DNA of 37,102 nucleotides from an uncultured bacterium (GTDB lineage Bacteria; Fidelibacterota; Marinisomatia; Marinisomatales; UBA1611): NCBI GenBank assembly GCA_938092125.1, contig CALKMQ010000053.1, positions 1 to 37,102 of the forward strand, read 5' to 3'. Shown piece by piece: positions 34,827 to 37,102 of this stretch (position 1 is its first letter; each line of letters starts with the position of its first letter). The notes under the pieces were generated by a model. It saw only the letters and a program-made list of their open reading frames with translations, ran no database searches and was not told where the DNA came from. The position numbers and the translations under genes were made by a program.

Positions 34827-35879
34827 TTACAATACATTTTGTTTAAAAAGCTTAGGATTATCTGCAATATCCATTGCAACCTTTCGCTCAATTTTGCCCT
34901 GTGTTACCAATCGCTGTAAATCTTGATCTAAAGTTTGCATACCCTCTACTCCACCAGACTGAATCACCGACGTTATTTGAAATACCCTATCTTCTCTAAT
35001 AAGATTCCTAATTGCTGTACTTGATATCATGACCTCACAAGCTGGCACCCTACCTTTACCATCCTTAGTTGGTAATAGCTTTTGAGAAATAACAGCCTCT
35101 AGAGATTCAGATAACATCGATCTAATTTGATCTTTTTGTCCAGATGGATAAATATCAATAATTCTGTCAATTGACTTTACAGCACTAGATGTGTGAAGAG
35201 TGGAAAGAACAAGATGGCCAGTTTCTGCTGCCGTTAAAGCTAATGAAATAGTTTCCAAATCTCTCATTTCTCCAACTAAAATAACATCTGGGTCTTCCCT
35301 TAGAGCGGCTCTAAGAGCATTTGAAAAACTGTGCGTGCTCGCGCCTAGCTCTCTCTGATTAATCAAACTTTCTTTCGTGTGGTGATAATATTCTACAGGG
35401 TCCTCAATCGTAATAATATGACAGGCCTTATTTCTATTGATATGGTCAACCATTGCAGCTAGGGTAGTACTTTTACCAGAACCAGTAGGGCCCGTCAAAA
35501 GCACAAGCCCCCTATCAATCATAGCTAAATCTTGCATAAATGGCGGTATACCCAACTCATCACAACTTTTAATAGTGTCAGGAATAGTTCTAAACACAGC
35601 AGCGAGTCCATTTATTTGATTGAAAAAGTTAACCCTAAACCTACCTTTTCCTTCAAGCTTAGCCGAAAAATCTATTTCTTTTTGTTCTTTAAATATTGCC
35701 ATTTGGTCTTTATCCATTACTTCAGGCAACATTTTTTCGATATCATCCTGGTGCAAAACATCAAGATTTAAGGGCTTCATTGTTCCATTAATACGTACCA
35801 TAGGAATAGAACCAACACTCAAATGCAAGTCAGATGCACCGCTGTCGATACTATATGATAATAATTGATTAAGGTCCAT
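34827..35879 (-). CDS. pilT: Twitching-motility retraction ATPase PilT
   Basis: N-terminus LLSYSIDSGASDLHLSVGSIPMVRINGTMKPL, Walker A LTGPTGSGKSTT, Walker B DVILVGEMRD, LVLSTLHT, and the PilT signature AIRNLIRE present verbatim. 350 aa. Confidence 0.95.
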   Translation of the reverse strand: MDLNQLLSYSIDSGASDLHLSVGSIPMVRINGTMKPLNLDVLHQDDIEKMLPEVMDKDQMAIFKEQKEIDFSAKLEGKGRFRVNFFNQINGLAAVFRTIPDTIKSCDELGIPPFMQDLAMIDRGLVLLTGPTGSGKSTTLAAMVDHINRNKACHIITIEDPVEYYHHTKESLINQRELGASTHSFSNALRAALREDPDVILVGEMRDLETISLALTAAETGHLVLSTLHTSSAVKSIDRIIDIYPSGQKDQIRSMLSESLEAVISQKLLPTKDGKGRVPACEVMISSTAIRNLIREDRVFQITSVIQSGGVEGMQTLDQDLQRLVTQGKIERKVAMDIADNPKLFKQNVL

Positions 35880-35881
35880 GA

Positions 35882-36289
35882 TTACTGATTGTCTTCTGGC
35901 GAACCGTATCCCTTAAATTTCCCGGTTAGAGCATCAAAAGACACTACTTTTCCAGCGCCACCAGTCATTTCCTCTGTGCTCGTAGCGCTCAATCTATCAG
36001 GTAATTGCAATTCAAAAGTCCACTTGAGCTTTGTAGATCTATCTAAATCAAGTTGCCCGGATCTCTCTAACTGCTCAACGTCACCAGGCCATTCACCTTT
36101 AGTCTGATAATACATTTTTGCTGCATTATGGACATTTGACATCACTGTCCTAGCCTCCGAAGCGTAGGAGCTCTGGACGTAATCGAGATAGATTGGAAGC
36201 GCTATTGCAGCTAAAATAGCAACAATAACAACAACAACCATAATTTCTATCATCGTAAAGCCAGAACGCAATTTTTTAAATACTTTCAT
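35882..36289 (-). CDS. pilA: Major type IV pilin (type IVa leader, GspG-like, Cys-free)
   Basis: AAGGAG (36295-36300) then N5 then ATG. Leader MKVFKKLRSG|FTMIEIMVVVVIVAILAAIALP with Glu at +5. 135 aa. First gene of the pilus block. No cysteine anywhere in the protein. Confidence 0.88.
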   Translation of the reverse strand: MKVFKKLRSGFTMIEIMVVVVIVAILAAIALPIYLDYVQSSYASEARTVMSNVHNAAKMYYQTKGEWPGDVEQLERSGQLDLDRSTKLKWTFELQLPDRLSATSTEEMTGGAGKVVSFDALTGKFKGYGSPEDNQ

Positions 36290-36340
36290 AAAAACTCCTT
36301 TAATTAAAATTATTTATTACCAATCAACTAACCCAATTAC

Positions 36341-36369
36341 AGTATAGGATAAGGAAAAGAAAACAACAA
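36341..36369 (-). promoter_or_regulatory. Possible sigma70-type promoter for pilA (TTGTTG-N17-TATACT)
   Basis: On the minus strand, ttgttg (36364-36369), a 17-nt spacer, then tatact (36341-36346), about 50 nt upstream of the pilA ATG. It lies in the only sizeable intergenic gap of the array (36290-36430). Weak -35, and the promoter rules of this lineage are unknown. Confidence 0.2.
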
Positions 36370-36430
36370 ATTTGCACAGGTCAATATAACAACGAGTCAT
36401 AGAGGAAAAACACTCACAAATATCTTTTAT

Positions 36431-37102
36431 TTATTTAATAAGAACTGTTTTAAAATGCTTAGAATATGATTCGCTCGTAAAGTGAATTAAGTAAATACCA
36501 GAAGGCACTAACGAACCAGAGTCATCATAACCATGCCATTTCACTTGATAGGAGCCTTTATTTTTCATTTTATCATTTAATATTGTTCTAACTTTTCGCC
36601 CAAGCAAATCAATAACAATTAAATTAACTGAAGACTGCTTTGGTAAATTAAAATTTATCGAAGTTGAAGAATTAAAAGGGTTTGGATAGCTTGGAAATAA
36701 CTTGAACTCATCAATTGTAAACTCATTATTGATTGAATTTAGGTTTCCTGACATATTATATATGACACCATTAAAATCCATTTCTTCAACATTTAATAGC
36801 GTATCAGCTCCATCCCTATTTGAAAATAAATCTACAACAAAAGGTTTGTAATTATTCCAATCGGCACTCTCAAAAATTGCATATTCACCATAATCACCTG
36901 AAAAAACAGCCCTGTCAATTCCCTCTCTGCCATCAAAATAATCATTATATCCTTTACCAGTAAATTGATTGGAACCTGAATTTCCAAAAACAATATTATT
37001 AAAATCGTTGCCAATGATTTCGACATCATTTTCGCCAGATATACTAATATTTTGAAGATATCTTGACCTATTTGTATAGGGCAGGCCGGGGTCAAAAGCC
37101 AT
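36431..37102 (-). CDS. Surface protein with hemolysin/RTX-type Ca-binding repeats and T9SS CTD (probably 5'-truncated by the window edge)
   Basis: IIGNDFNNIVFGNSGSNQFTGKGYNDYFDGREGIDRAVFSG resembles GGxGxD-type repeats. C-terminus FPSYPNPFNSSTSINF...VIDLLGR...SGIYLIHF...TVLIK is a CTD. The frame is open to the last base; the ATG at 37100-37102 may be coincidental. Confidence 0.75.
   Translation of the reverse strand: MAFDPGLPYTNRSRYLQNISISGENDVEIIGNDFNNIVFGNSGSNQFTGKGYNDYFDGREGIDRAVFSGDYGEYAIFESADWNNYKPFVVDLFSNRDGADTLLNVEEMDFNGVIYNMSGNLNSINNEFTIDEFKLFPSYPNPFNSSTSINFNLPKQSSVNLIVIDLLGRKVRTILNDKMKNKGSYQVKWHGYDDSGSLVPSGIYLIHFTSESYSKHFKTVLIK

Noticed and set aside
27224-36289. Interpreting the pilin/secretin/ATPase block as a type II secretion system
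   Set aside because: PilT with the exact AIRNLIRE signature and a PilM-PilN-PilO trio (not GspL/GspM/GspC) point to a type IVa pilus. The GspG-like look of the major pilin is kept as a note in the findings.
36290-36430. Sigma-54 (TGGCAC-N5-TTGC) promoter upstream of pilA, as in many pilin genes
   Set aside because: Read on the minus strand, the gap contains no GG-N10-GC element with that spacing. Only a weak sigma70-like TTGTTG-N17-TATACT was seen.
36431-37102. Treating the ATG at the last three bases (37100-37102) as the true start of the RTX-like CTD protein
   Set aside because: The translated N-terminus (MAFDPGLPYTNRS) has no signal peptide, although the protein carries a secretion CTD. 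The frame is open to the window edge, so the gene most likely continues beyond it.
1-37102. CRISPR arrays, tRNA/rRNA genes, IS elements, integrases, toxin-antitoxin or restriction/defence genes
   Set aside because: Coding density leaves no room. The largest non-coding gaps are about 96 and 141 nt and show no direct repeats or cloverleaf-like structure. No ORF has transposase, recombinase or nuclease motifs that I could recognise.

Overview
AT-rich (about one-third GC by eye, not computed) and very gene-dense. Two + strand genes sit at the left edge: a 3' gene fragment and an HExxH metalloprotease. From 2242 to 37102 there is one uninterrupted minus-strand array of 27 genes, many joined by overlapping stop/start codons (TAATG, ATGA, TTGA). 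In transcription order the array holds: (1) a partial Ca-binding-repeat surface protein with a T9SS C-terminal sorting domain (CTD). (2) A complete type IVa pilus set: pilA, pilT, two minor pilins, a 747-aa PilX_N-type protein, pilM-N-O, a pilP-like gene, pilQ, a 756-aa Ig-domain lipoprotein, pilB, pilC and a short prepilin peptidase. (3) A gingipain-like C25 protein ending in a dockerin. (4) Poly-gamma-glutamate (PGA) synthase genes pgsB-pgsC plus a doubly membrane-anchored periplasmic protein. (5) An internally duplicated secreted protein, a predicted outer-membrane beta-barrel, an LVIVD lipoprotein and a 1011-aa protein of about 16 tandem repeats. (6) An M14 carboxypeptidase, a second C25 protein, a glutaredoxin-like protein and a coiled-coil protein. 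Five proteins end in a YPNPF-type CTD, which suggests a T9SS-bearing diderm of the FCB group or a related candidate phylum (inference only). I saw no rRNA, tRNA, CRISPR, transposase or integrase. The best candidates for undescribed biology are the diderm PGA synthesis/export-like module (13031-17679), the two C25 paralogs that lack the canonical catalytic His and share a NIDO-like domain, and the large lipoprotein coupled into the pilus operon. All family calls come from motifs read by eye and compared with remembered reference sequences. No searches were run.
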